The translations under genes were made by a program, and so were the position numbers. A stretch of DNA of 64,000 nt. It comes from Alphaproteobacteria bacterium. GTDB taxonomy: Bacteria > Pseudomonadota > Alphaproteobacteria > UBA828. This document shows positions 39,740 through 49,580 of the stretch, one piece after another. The DNA is taken from NCBI GenBank assembly GCA_965214705.1, contig OZ243972.1, positions 4,032,001 to 4,096,000 on the forward strand. The letters are read 5' to 3'. The notes beneath the pieces are model-generated. The model searched no databases. It saw only the letters and a list, made by a program, of their open reading frames with translations, and had not been told where the DNA came from. Position 1 is the stretch's first letter, and every line of letters begins with the position of its first letter.

Positions 39740-40738
39740 ATGGTGGACGTGAACCTCAAGGTCCCGGGGCTCGAAAAGCTCGCGGACTACGCCGCCAGCG
39801 GTATCGGCGCGGTGGCGGGTCCGATGCTGGCGACATGGAAAGCGCGGCAGGACGCGAAGGCCAGGCTCGTCGAGGCAAAAGCCGAGGCGGACAGCCTGAA
39901 GCTCATCGCCGACGCCCAGGCCGACGCGCGCCGCTCCCTCGTCGCGCCGGACGAGGCGGGAGGCGGGACGCTGAGCATCGGCCCGGATGGCATCGCGCAG
40001 CGGATTGAATTCCAGGAGAAGAAGCGGCAGGCGAACATTGCTTCCGTCGTCGGGGACGCCGCGGCCAACCTCGGTGACAGGGAGGTGCCCGACCACGAAC
40101 CCGATCCCGATTGGACCGCGCGGTTCTTCGATCGCGTTCAGGATGTCTCCTCGGAGGATATACGGAAACTCTGGGCGAAGGTGCTCTCGGGAGAAGTTGA
40201 AGCACCGGGGAGGACATCGCTTCGCACACTGGATGTTCTCAAGAATATGACACTAAGGGATGCACAAGTATTCAAGGATGCATGCGATTTTGTCATTGAC
40301 GATTTTATATATTATCCTAAAGAATTTCAAACGGACCATCCAACGTTACGTTTCGGCAATATACTACTCCTTGAAAATATCGGTCTCGTTTACATATCTA
40401 CCTTTCTTACAAAAAGCCTGAAATTTCTACCGAGCAATAAACAGTTCCTTTTTCGTTATCAGGACAAACTTCTCAGAATCTCAGCCCAAAACGATTCGCT
40501 GAACGTTAAAATTCCGGAGATTCTTCTCACTGCTCCCGGAACAGAACTCTATCGTATTCTAGAGTGCGCCATTCGCATGGACTACCTGCAATCCTTCTCG
40601 AGTTTTCTGAGGGGAGTTAATTGCGAACTGTCTTATGCTCAAATTGTCGAAACACTTCCCGACGGGCGTTTCACACATACCAACTCATTCGTTCCAGTCG
40701 AACCGCAACCCGAACAACCCGGCGACGCAGCGCCATGA
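39740..40738 (+). CDS. DUF2806-family protein
   Basis: RQANI, DPDWTARFF, LWAKVLSGEVEAPGRTSLRTLDVLKNMT. Confidence 0.75.
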   Translation: MVDVNLKVPGLEKLADYAASGIGAVAGPMLATWKARQDAKARLVEAKAEADSLKLIADAQADARRSLVAPDEAGGGTLSIGPDGIAQRIEFQEKKRQANIASVVGDAAANLGDREVPDHEPDPDWTARFFDRVQDVSSEDIRKLWAKVLSGEVEAPGRTSLRTLDVLKNMTLRDAQVFKDACDFVIDDFIYYPKEFQTDHPTLRFGNILLLENIGLVYISTFLTKSLKFLPSNKQFLFRYQDKLLRISAQNDSLNVKIPEILLTAPGTELYRILECAIRMDYLQSFSSFLRGVNCELSYAQIVETLPDGRFTHTNSFVPVEPQPEQPGDAAP

Positions 40739-43700
40739 CCGCCGACGCCCCGCGCCTGATCGAGGTTGCGTTTCCGCTGGAGCAGGTGTCGCTCGATTCG
40801 GTGCACGAGAAGAACGTGCGGCACGGGCATATCTCGACACTGCACATCTGGCCGGCGCGGCGGCCGCTGGCGGCGTGCCGGGCGGCGCTGATCGCGACGC
40901 TGCTGCCTGACCCCGGCAACGCGGCCGAGCGCAAGGAGATCTACCGCCGGCTCGCGGGCGAGACGGTGGAGACGGTCAAGACCGAGCGGCGCGGCGGGCG
41001 CACGGTCGAGCGGCGCAAGCGCGAGACGAAGGGCGGCATCCTGCATTGGGGGCGCGAGGACGGCGCCGACCTCGACTGGTTCCGGGCGCGCATTCGCGAG
41101 GCGCATGGCGGCCGCGCGCCCAGGGTGCTGGACCCCTTCGCGGGCGGCGGGGCGATCCCACTGGAGGCGATGCGGCTCGGCTGCGAGTCGACCGCCATCG
41201 ACATCAACCCGGTCGCCTGGTTCATCCTCAAGTGCACCCTCGACTACCCGCGCCGGCTCGCCGGCGAGACCCTGCCGCTGCCGGACTTCGCCCGCGCCGA
41301 CCGCGCGTTCATGGAAGCGCTGCTGAAGGCCAGGGGGTTCAAGGGCAAGGCGCTGGCGCGGCGGCTCGCGGCGCTCGGCCTCGACGAGGACGGCGAGGCG
41401 GAACCGGCGCTGATCGACGACGCCCCACGGCACGACGACGCCCTCTTCCAGGCCGATCTCGCCTGGCAGGTGCGCGCCTGGGGCCGGGGCGTGCTGGCCC
41501 GAGTCCGTGCCGGTCTGGCGGAGCGGTATCCGACCTATGCCGAATTCCAGGCGCTTGAGCCGGGCGGCAAACCCTTCGAGGCGCGCTCGCTGGCGCTGCT
41601 GGTGCCGGACGAGGCTGGCGAGACCGACGCCGGGCTGCTGAACGACGGCTTGGACGCGGTATACCTCAAGGACCCGCGCAACCCGCGCTGGGTGGCGAAG
41701 CCGACGGTGGCGTACCTATGGGCGCGCACGGTGCGCTGCAAGGGTTGCCGGGCGACGCTGCCGTTGCTCAAGACCCGCTGGCTCGCTAAGAAGGACACCA
41801 AGCGCGTGCTGCTCACCATGGCGCCGAAGGCGGACGGAAGCGGTGTCGATTTCGGCGTCGAGGCCGGAGTCCCGCAAGCCGGCGGCAACGCGGCGCGGCG
41901 GCGCGAGCACGACAAGCGGCTCGGCGCCGGCACCATGAGCCGCTCGGGCGCGCGCTGCCCCTGCTGCCCGACCATCATGTCCATGGAGGACATCCGCCTC
42001 GAAGGCCGCGCCGGGCGGCTCGGCGCGGCGATGACCGCCGTGGTGGTGGGCGGGCCCAAGGGCAAGGAATACCGCCCGCCGGAAGACGAGGAGTTAAGCG
42101 CCGCCGAGGTCTCGGCGGACGAACTCGACGCGCTCTATGCGGATATTCCCTTTGGCCTGCCGGCGGAGCCGTTGCCGGGCAAGGAAGCCCTCGGCTTTCG
42201 CGTTCCGCTCTACGGCCTGGACCAATGGGCCAAGCTGTTCACGGACCGGCAGCTTGTCGCGCTGGGAACGATCCTGCGGGAGATGCGCCGCTGTTCGGCG
42301 GACATGGGCGACACCCCGGAAGAATGGCGCGAGGCAGTAGCGTCCTACCTCTGCTGCATCCTGAGCAAGCTCGCGGACTACAGCAGTGCGGTCTGCTCTT
42401 GGCACAACAGTGGCGAAAAGCTGCGCAATACCTTCGCCCGTTTCGCCCTGCCGGCGGTTTGGGATTACTGTGAAGTCAATCCGCTGTCCAATACGTCAGG
42501 CGGCTTCTCGGCAATGGCGAATTGGGTAGCTCGCTATCTCGATCATGCGGTTTCTGTTTCGGCTACCGCGCAGGGTGGCGCCCCCATGATCCAAGCCCGG
42601 AGCGCGATTGATTCACGCTTGAACGGCGTAGATTTGATCGTGACCGACCCGCCCTATTACGACGCCATTCCCTATTCCGATCTGATGGACTTCTTCCATG
42701 TCTGGCTGCGGCGGGCGCTGCGCGGCATCGTGCCCGCCTCCGATCCCGCGTTCGCCGAGCCGCTCGGCCCGAAATGGAATACGGTCGACGGCGACGGCGA
42801 GCTGATCGACGAAGCCAGCCGCTTCGGCGGCGACAAGGCGCTCTCGAAACAAACCTATGAGGACGGCATGGCGCGCGCCTTCCAGACCTGCCACGCGGCG
42901 CTGAATCCGAAGGGGCGGCTGGTGGTGGTGTTCGCCAACAAGCAGCCCGAGGCGTGGGAGACCCTGGTCGCGGCGCTGATCCGCGCCGGCTTCGTCGTCG
43001 ACGGCTCCTGGCCGATCCAGACCGAGATGCAGAACCGCCAGCGTTCGCTGGCCTCCGCGGCCCTCGCCTCGTCGGTCTGGCTCGTCTGCCGAAAGCGCCC
43101 GCCGGCGCGGCCCGGCTGGGACGCCGCGGTGCTTGACGAGATGCGCGGCAACATCGCGCGCAGGCTGCGGGACTTCTGGTACGCCGGCATCCGCGGCCCG
43201 GACTTCGTGTGGGCAGCGACGGGGCCGGCGCTCGAAGCCTTCTCCCGGCATCCGGTCGTCAAGAAGGCCGACGAGCCCGGCGCGACGATGACGGTCTCCG
43301 AGTTCTTGCGCGAGGTGCGCCGGATGGTGGTGGATTTCGTCGTGGGCCGCGTGCTGACCGGCGACGACGACGCGGACGCCGCGAGCGGGCTCGACGACGT
43401 GACCACCTACTACCTCCTGCACCGAGGCGATTTCGGCCTGGACGAGGCGCCCGCCGGCGCCTGCATCCTCTATGCGCTTTCGTGCAACCTGTCCGACCGC
43501 GAACTCTCCGACCGCTTCGACATCCTCTCGCGCCCCGGCCGCACGCTCTTCGACGAGTTGGAGGACGACGAGGCGACCGGCGGCGGGGGCGGCAAGGTCA
43601 AGCTGCTGCCCTGGAGCCGGCGCAAGGCCAAGTGGCTCGGCCACGAGGGCCCGGGAGGCCGGTCTGTGCCGCTGATCGACCGCGCGCACCGGCTGATGCA

Positions 43701-43923
43701 CCTCTGGCGCGCCGGCGACGAGGCAAGGGTGAACGGCTACATCGACGACCACGGCCTCGGGCGCCACGCGCTCTTCGCCCGCTTGCTGCAAGCGCTGATC
43801 GAGCTGGCGCCGGCGAGTTCGGAGGAACGCGCGATCCTCGAATCCCTCTCCAACCACATCGCCGCCCGCGCCGGCCTCGCCCCGCCGCGCCAGGCCGCCA
43901 TGCGGCTGGAGACGACGCCGTGA
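40735..43923 (+). CDS. DUF1156-domain DNA amino-methyltransferase
   Basis: LHIWPARRPL, LDPFAGGGAIPLEA, TDPPYYD. Confidence 0.92.
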   Translation: MTADAPRLIEVAFPLEQVSLDSVHEKNVRHGHISTLHIWPARRPLAACRAALIATLLPDPGNAAERKEIYRRLAGETVETVKTERRGGRTVERRKRETKGGILHWGREDGADLDWFRARIREAHGGRAPRVLDPFAGGGAIPLEAMRLGCESTAIDINPVAWFILKCTLDYPRRLAGETLPLPDFARADRAFMEALLKARGFKGKALARRLAALGLDEDGEAEPALIDDAPRHDDALFQADLAWQVRAWGRGVLARVRAGLAERYPTYAEFQALEPGGKPFEARSLALLVPDEAGETDAGLLNDGLDAVYLKDPRNPRWVAKPTVAYLWARTVRCKGCRATLPLLKTRWLAKKDTKRVLLTMAPKADGSGVDFGVEAGVPQAGGNAARRREHDKRLGAGTMSRSGARCPCCPTIMSMEDIRLEGRAGRLGAAMTAVVVGGPKGKEYRPPEDEELSAAEVSADELDALYADIPFGLPAEPLPGKEALGFRVPLYGLDQWAKLFTDRQLVALGTILREMRRCSADMGDTPEEWREAVASYLCCILSKLADYSSAVCSWHNSGEKLRNTFARFALPAVWDYCEVNPLSNTSGGFSAMANWVARYLDHAVSVSATAQGGAPMIQARSAIDSRLNGVDLIVTDPPYYDAIPYSDLMDFFHVWLRRALRGIVPASDPAFAEPLGPKWNTVDGDGELIDEASRFGGDKALSKQTYEDGMARAFQTCHAALNPKGRLVVVFANKQPEAWETLVAALIRAGFVVDGSWPIQTEMQNRQRSLASAALASSVWLVCRKRPPARPGWDAAVLDEMRGNIARRLRDFWYAGIRGPDFVWAATGPALEAFSRHPVVKKADEPGATMTVSEFLREVRRMVVDFVVGRVLTGDDDADAASGLDDVTTYYLLHRGDFGLDEAPAGACILYALSCNLSDRELSDRFDILSRPGRTLFDELEDDEATGGGGGKVKLLPWSRRKAKWLGHEGPGGRSVPLIDRAHRLMHLWRAGDEARVNGYIDDHGLGRHALFARLLQALIELAPASSEERAILESLSNHIAARAGLAPPRQAAMRLETTP

Positions 43924-44074
43924 CCGCGACGCTTCCATCCGGCGCACGCCGCGTCGCGCGGGGCGGACGCAGGGCCCGCGCATGGATCGCGACGACCGCA
44001 CGGCTGCTCAAGGACTTCGCCGCCCTCGCCCTGCGCGCCGAAGCCGCCCCCTGAACCCGCCGAACGAGGCCGAC

Positions 44075-47000
44075 ATGGCGCAGTCTCTTCCCTGGAAACC
44101 CTGGCACGATGTCGTGAGGCTGCGCGACGACGTGCGCACGGGCGAACTATCGCTCGCCGACTTCGCGGCGGACCTCCACGATGTGGCGATGCAGAAGGGC
44201 GCGCGGCCCGTCTACGAGGACCCGGCCCGCTTCTTCGCGCTGACCTATCCCACCTTCCCCTTGCGCGAGCTCGCGCGCGACGTGGCGCTTCGCCTCGCCG
44301 GCAAGAACACCAAGGCGATCCGCCAATTGGAGCTCACCTACGGCGGGGGCAAGACCCATACGCTGGTGACGCTCTACCACCTTGCGCACGAGCCGGAGGC
44401 GCTGCCGGCGCTGCCGGCGGTCGAGCAGTTCCGGTCCCATGTCGGTGCGGCCCTGCCGGCGGCGCGGGTCGCGGCGCTCTGCTTCGACAAGCTCGACGTC
44501 GAGAAGGGCATGGAGGCGCGCGGGCCGGCGGGGGAGTTGCGCTGGCTCAAGCATCCCTGGAGCGTGCTCGCCTTCCAGCTCGCGGGCGAGGAGGGCTTGG
44601 GCGCGCTCCATCCCGACGGCGCGAACGAGGAACGCGAGACGCCGCCCGCCGAGCCGTTGCTCGCCGACCTGCTGGAGCGGCCGCAGGTGCAGAACCTCTC
44701 CACTCTGGTGCTGATCGACGAAGTGCTGATGTACGCCCGCGAGAAGGCGGCGATGGGGGACGGCTGGCGCGCCCGGCTGATCGACTTCTTCCAGTATCTC
44801 TGCCAGGCGGCGGTCAGGGTCGACCGCTGCGCCCTGGTCGCCTCGCTGCTCGCCTCCGATCCCGCCAAGAGCGACGCCCTCGGCAAGGAGTTGACGGCGC
44901 AGATATTCGACATCTTCAACCGGCAGAGGGAGGAAGGCGTCCAGCCTGTGCAAAAGCAGGATGTGGCCGAAGTGCTGCGCCGACGGTTCTTTACGCCCCG
45001 GTCGATCGCCGATCCCGACGCCTTCCGTCCGCACGTCACCGCGGCGGTGGCCAATATCGCCAGGGTCGACGAGACGGTACGCAAGGACAGGGCGAACGCG
45101 GAACAGCGGTTCCTCGACGGTTATCCCTTCCACCCGGAGCTGACCGAGCTCTTCTATACGAAGTGGACGCAGTTGGACGGGTTCCAGCGCACGCGCGGCA
45201 TCTTGAGGACCTTCGCCATCGCGCTACGCGACGCCGAGACGTGGGACACGGCGCCGCTGGTCGGCCCCAACGTGTTCCTGCCCGCGCCCGGCGAAAGCGC
45301 CCTCGCCGAGGCGGCGCGCGAGCTCGCCGGCATCGCCACGCGCGAGGTGACGGAGAGCGCCGGCAACGTCTGGAGCGCCGTGCTCGAAGGGGAGCTCGCC
45401 AAGGCGCGGACAATCCAGGACGAGCAGCCCGCGCTGAAGTTCCGCGAGATGGAGCAGGCTGTGTGCGCAGCGTTCCTGAGTTCGCAGCCGATCGGCCAGA
45501 AGGCGTCCACGCCGGAGTTGGTTGCGCTCGTCGGCGCGACACGTCCCGACAGAATCGAGCTGGAGAAGGGCCTGCGACGCTGGACCGATCTCTCCTGGTT
45601 CCTCGACGAGGCGGAGTTCGCCGGCGCCGGTGCGGCGGACGACGGCGCCGACGCGCTGCCCAAAGCGTGGCGCCTCGGCAACCGGCCCAACCTCAAGCAG
45701 ATGCATCACGACGCCTGCGCCAACCGGGTCACGGCGGAGCTTGTCGAGCAGACGCTCCTCGCCGAGGTTCGGCGGACCAGAAGCCTGACCCAGGGCGCCG
45801 CGGCAGCGGGCGCCCGCGTGCATACGCTGCCTGAGCGGCCGCGCGACATCGAGGACGACGGCGAATTCCATTTCGCCGTTCTGGGGCCGGGAGCCGTTTC
45901 GGACTCCGGCAAGCCGAGCAGGGAAGCGCGGCGCTTCATCGACGAGACCACCGGGCCGGACCGTCCGCGCGTCAGCCGCAATGCCGTCGTGCTGGCAGTC
46001 CCCTCCCGCGACGGGCTGGACGCCGCCCGCGCGTGCATCCGCGAGTATCTGGGTTGGGAGGAAGTGCGCAGCCAGCTCGGGGACCAGACGCAGGACCCCG
46101 TGCGCGAAGGGATGCTGGCGGTGTGGACGGAACAAGCGCGCAAGCGCATCCCCGACGCGATCCGCCAGGCCTGGGCGATCGTCGTCACCGTCAACGAACG
46201 CAACGATATCCAGGCGTTCAAGGCGACCATGGGCGCCGAGCCGTTGTTCGCAACCGTCAAGGCCGATCGGCGCGCACGCATCCAGGAGACCGCGATCAGC
46301 GCCGAGGCGATGCTGCCGGGCGGCCCCTACGAACTCTGGCGCGCGGACGAACCTTCGCGTCGCGTGAAGGACCTGGCGGGCGTGTTTGCGGAGAACCCGA
46401 AGCTGCCCAAGATGCTCCGGCACAAGGAGATCCTCGACACCATCGACCGGGGCGTCCGCGACGGCATCTTCGTCGCCTCGCTCGTCCGGCCCGACAAGTC
46501 CGTCAAGACCTGGTGGCGGACGCCGATTGATGAGGCGGCCCGCGCGGAGTCTGCCCTCGAACTGTTCCTGCCCGACAAGGCGACGCTGTCGGAACTCGAT
46601 CCGAACGCTCTCGCGCCGGGCGTCCTGCCGGAACTCTGGGCCGGCGAGGCGGTAACGGCGGCCGACGTCGCCGCCTATTTCGCAGGCGGGCGGACCGTGA
46701 CCGTGCAGCACGAGGGCTACGCGGAGCCGGTCGCCATCCCGGCCTGCCCGCGCGTGGCGGTCGAAGCGGCCGTCGCCGACGCCGTCCGCCAGGGCGTCCT
46801 CTGGCTGGTGAACGGCCCCGCGAGCTTTCAGGGGGAGTCGGCGCCGCCCGGCGTGCTGACGGACGCCGCGGAACTCCGCGCGCCGATGCAGCCTCTATCG
46901 GTGGATCGGCTGACGCAGGACGCCCTGCCGGAGGCCTGGAAGGACGGACGGGCCAGCGCGCTCGCGCTCTCCGCCGCACTCTCGGTGCAGGCCGGGGCGC

Positions 47001-47398
47001 CGCTCCCGTGGTCGATTCTGCGACGGGCGATCGACGACGCGCTCGGCGCACGCTGGCTTGCGCTGGCGCCGGGCAGCGCACCGTGGCCGTGCGACGCCGC
47101 TGGCGCGGCGGCCGTGATGCTGAAGGAACCGGACGGGGCGAAGGGTTTTGCGGATTCGAAGGACGACTTCGTGCCACCGCCCAAGGGCGCACACACGGGC
47201 TCCGCCGCTCTGGAACCCAACGAGCTGCAGGATCTGGTCGACGCGCTGCCGGACGTCATCACGGCCGCTGCCGGCATACCGTTGCGGTTCAACGTTCACA
47301 TCATGCTGGGAGACGGCGGCGACGTGCCCCCGGACTCGGTGACGGCGGTGAACGAGCTTCTGGAAGGCGTCAGCCCGGACCTGCGCTTGCGGGAATAG
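44075..47398 (+). CDS. DUF499-family AAA+ ATPase
   Basis: YGGGKTH, VLIDE, YPFHP, FQRTRGILR. Confidence 0.9.
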   Translation: MAQSLPWKPWHDVVRLRDDVRTGELSLADFAADLHDVAMQKGARPVYEDPARFFALTYPTFPLRELARDVALRLAGKNTKAIRQLELTYGGGKTHTLVTLYHLAHEPEALPALPAVEQFRSHVGAALPAARVAALCFDKLDVEKGMEARGPAGELRWLKHPWSVLAFQLAGEEGLGALHPDGANEERETPPAEPLLADLLERPQVQNLSTLVLIDEVLMYAREKAAMGDGWRARLIDFFQYLCQAAVRVDRCALVASLLASDPAKSDALGKELTAQIFDIFNRQREEGVQPVQKQDVAEVLRRRFFTPRSIADPDAFRPHVTAAVANIARVDETVRKDRANAEQRFLDGYPFHPELTELFYTKWTQLDGFQRTRGILRTFAIALRDAETWDTAPLVGPNVFLPAPGESALAEAARELAGIATREVTESAGNVWSAVLEGELAKARTIQDEQPALKFREMEQAVCAAFLSSQPIGQKASTPELVALVGATRPDRIELEKGLRRWTDLSWFLDEAEFAGAGAADDGADALPKAWRLGNRPNLKQMHHDACANRVTAELVEQTLLAEVRRTRSLTQGAAAAGARVHTLPERPRDIEDDGEFHFAVLGPGAVSDSGKPSREARRFIDETTGPDRPRVSRNAVVLAVPSRDGLDAARACIREYLGWEEVRSQLGDQTQDPVREGMLAVWTEQARKRIPDAIRQAWAIVVTVNERNDIQAFKATMGAEPLFATVKADRRARIQETAISAEAMLPGGPYELWRADEPSRRVKDLAGVFAENPKLPKMLRHKEILDTIDRGVRDGIFVASLVRPDKSVKTWWRTPIDEAARAESALELFLPDKATLSELDPNALAPGVLPELWAGEAVTAADVAAYFAGGRTVTVQHEGYAEPVAIPACPRVAVEAAVADAVRQGVLWLVNGPASFQGESAPPGVLTDAAELRAPMQPLSVDRLTQDALPEAWKDGRASALALSAALSVQAGAPLPWSILRRAIDDALGARWLALAPGSAPWPCDAAGAAAVMLKEPDGAKGFADSKDDFVPPPKGAHTGSAALEPNELQDLVDALPDVITAAAGIPLRFNVHIMLGDGGDVPPDSVTAVNELLEGVSPDLRLRE

Positions 47399-47472
47399 CG
47401 CCCCGATCGCAACGCGCCCCACCGAGCCCGCACCCGAGACCCACGCCGCCCGTTTCCGGTCGGGCTACATGC

Positions 47473-47573
47473 TCAGTTCCAGGTCTCCTAAACCGCGGGA
47501 CTCCCCGCCGCGCCGAGACCGTTCAGTTCCAGGTCTCCTAAACCGCGGGACTCCCCGCCGCGCCGAGACCGTT
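47473..47573. repeat. perfect 2 x 50-bp tandem duplication
   Basis: TCAGTTCCAGGTCTCCTAAACC...GAGACCGT twice. Confidence 0.95.
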
Positions 47574-47882
47574 GACTATCGAGATGACGTTCGAGGTGGC
47601 GGCGAGCAGCGACTTGCCCTGGGCAAGAAGCTCTTTGACCATGCCAACATACCGCGGACGATCCTGATTCACCGCGTTGAGAAAGTCGTACCCGTCATTG
47701 GTGATCCGGACGCCAGAGTCGGTCACCCACACGGCCAGTCCGGCATCGGTCAGGAGGTCGATGTTGTGGATCCTTGTCTGCTGAGTCTCCGACATGCCCA
47801 ACGTCCTAGCAACCAGAATCAGCCCACCGGGCCGATTGGCCATCTCCTCCAGCGACTTAATCATCAGTTCAACGTCTCGCAT
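47538..47882 (-). CDS. small winged-helix protein (DUF2513-like)
   Basis: MRDVELM, HNIDLLTDAGL, RITNDGYDFL; AAGGAG RBS. Confidence 0.6.
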   Translation of the reverse strand: MRDVELMIKSLEEMANRPGGLILVARTLGMSETQQTRIHNIDLLTDAGLAVWVTDSGVRITNDGYDFLNAVNQDRPRYVGMVKELLAQGKSLLAATSNVISIVNGLGAAGSPAV

Positions 47883-48332
47883 CCCGTACTCCTTCTCGTG
47901 GTGCCCTGCCCATGTAGGAGCGTTGGAGCGGAGGTCAAGCGCCCAAATGGAAGAAACGGCAACCACTCCGGAGAATCCCCGAGTGAACGCGAAAATCGTC
48001 GACCGAATCAAGGAAGCCGGAGATGGTTAAGGGTTGGGCAGGCTCTCTCTCGAGAGCCTGCCCAACCCTTTTGAACGGAGGCGCGGGCCACGAGAGGCGA
48101 AGTTGAGCTATGTGGAAAGTGCGCTGATGTCAGCGTCAGGCGGCATCCACCGGCAGCAGAGTTGCGCATGAGATCGACGCTCGCGCCGGCCTTTCGGCAG
48201 GCATGCGGGCGCACGCTGCGAGGACTGAGCGGGGTGTGAGCCGAGGGCTGTCAGCCCGGCCCAAGCGGAGACAGGTTCGGTCGTGCGTCGGCGCTTTGGC
48301 GCCGTTGCGCGGGGCCGAAGCGAGCGGGCGTC

Positions 48333-49574
48333 TCACGGTTTCCCCCTGTGGGTCGGCGGCACGGCCGGCGGACCGCGCGTCGAGCGGGGCTGATGGCGGC
48401 GGCGGATTTCGCGGACGAGGCGCATGACGCCGCCGCAGTGGGGGCAGGCCACGGGCGCGGTGTCGATCACGGTCTCTTCGTCGGGCTCGGCCCGAGCGCC
48501 GCCCACGCTTTCCTCGGGGACGGCGCAGCCGAGGGCGCCGAGAGTCTGGCGTGCTCTCTCCAGCGTGCTGGCGCGACAGCCGTTGGCGAGAATGCCGAAG
48601 TAGCGAATGCGGTGCATGCCGTCCGGCAGGACGTGCCTCAGGAAGCGGCGGATGAACTCGTCTGCGCTCACGGTGGCGATGCCGTAGCGCGGCTTTCTCT
48701 GCCCCGGCGCCTTCGGCTTTCGGTGGCGGAAGGAGACCGTCTCGCCGTCGAAGGAGACGATGCGGCTGTCGGAGATGGCGATTCTGTGCGTGTAGTGCGA
48801 CAGGTACCGGAAGACCTGCTCAGGCCCGCGGAAGGGCCGCTTGGCGTAGACCACCCAGTCCCTGGCCCGGGCGGCGGCAAGCGTGGCGTGGAACTCGCCG
48901 GGATTGGCGAGGTGGGCGAGGGTGCCGTGGAACTCCAGGTCCCCCCGGCCGTGGGCGCGGGCGAGCTCCTCGAGGAAGAGGCGGCGGAACAGGCTGCCGA
49001 GGACCTTGACGGGGGCGAGGAAGGTGGTGCTCCCCGTCTTCCACTCGCCGCTGTCTACGTCGAAGCCCGCGTTGGGCACGACCACGTGCAGGTGCGGGTG
49101 GAAGCGGAGCTTCTGATCCCAGGTATGGAGGACCGCGGTGCCGCCGATGCGCATGCCACCGTGGTGGGGATCGGCGGCGATGGTGCGCAGGGTCTCGGCG
49201 ACGGCCCGGAAGAGGATGTCGAACACCACCCTTCGGTTGCAGAAGGCAATGGCGGCGACCTCCTTGGGCAGGGTGAAGACCACATGGAAGTAGGGCACCG
49301 GCAGGATGTCCCCGGCGCGGGCCTCGCTCCAGAGGTTGGCGGCGAGACCCTGGCAGGTCGGGCAGTGGCGGTTGCGGCAGGAGTTGAAAAGCGGATGCTC
49401 GCGCCCGCAGCCCTCGCAGGCGTACATGTGGCCGCCGAGCACGGCGGTGCGGCACGCCTCGATGGCGCCCATGACCTTGAGCCGGGCGGCGTCGATGCGC
49501 CCTTTGTGGCGCTCACGGAAAGCGGCGCCGGCGCGGCGGAGGATCTCCGCCACGCCCGCGCGTTCGGCCTCCAC
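48333..49574 (-). CDS. IS91-family (HUH/Y2) transposase with N-terminal Zn-binding domain
   Basis: NSCRNRHCPTC, HVVFTLP, HTW, HPHLH, YLSHY, RIRYFG. Confidence 0.95.
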   Translation of the reverse strand: MEAERAGVAEILRRAGAAFRERHKGRIDAARLKVMGAIEACRTAVLGGHMYACEGCGREHPLFNSCRNRHCPTCQGLAANLWSEARAGDILPVPYFHVVFTLPKEVAAIAFCNRRVVFDILFRAVAETLRTIAADPHHGGMRIGGTAVLHTWDQKLRFHPHLHVVVPNAGFDVDSGEWKTGSTTFLAPVKVLGSLFRRLFLEELARAHGRGDLEFHGTLAHLANPGEFHATLAAARARDWVVYAKRPFRGPEQVFRYLSHYTHRIAISDSRIVSFDGETVSFRHRKPKAPGQRKPRYGIATVSADEFIRRFLRHVLPDGMHRIRYFGILANGCRASTLERARQTLGALGCAVPEESVGGARAEPDEETVIDTAPVACPHCGGVMRLVREIRRRHQPRSTRGPPAVPPTHRGKP

Positions 49575-49580
49575 GCGCCG

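Noticed and set aside
43920-44054. 44-codon GTG ORF between methylase and ATPase as the missing DUF3780
   Set aside because: Too short and no recognisable similarity; at most a remnant.
33902-47398. Calling the locus BREX or DISARM
   Set aside because: No PglZ/BrxL or DrmA/DrmB-type genes seen; DUF499+DUF1156+SNF2 fits the restriction-like system better.
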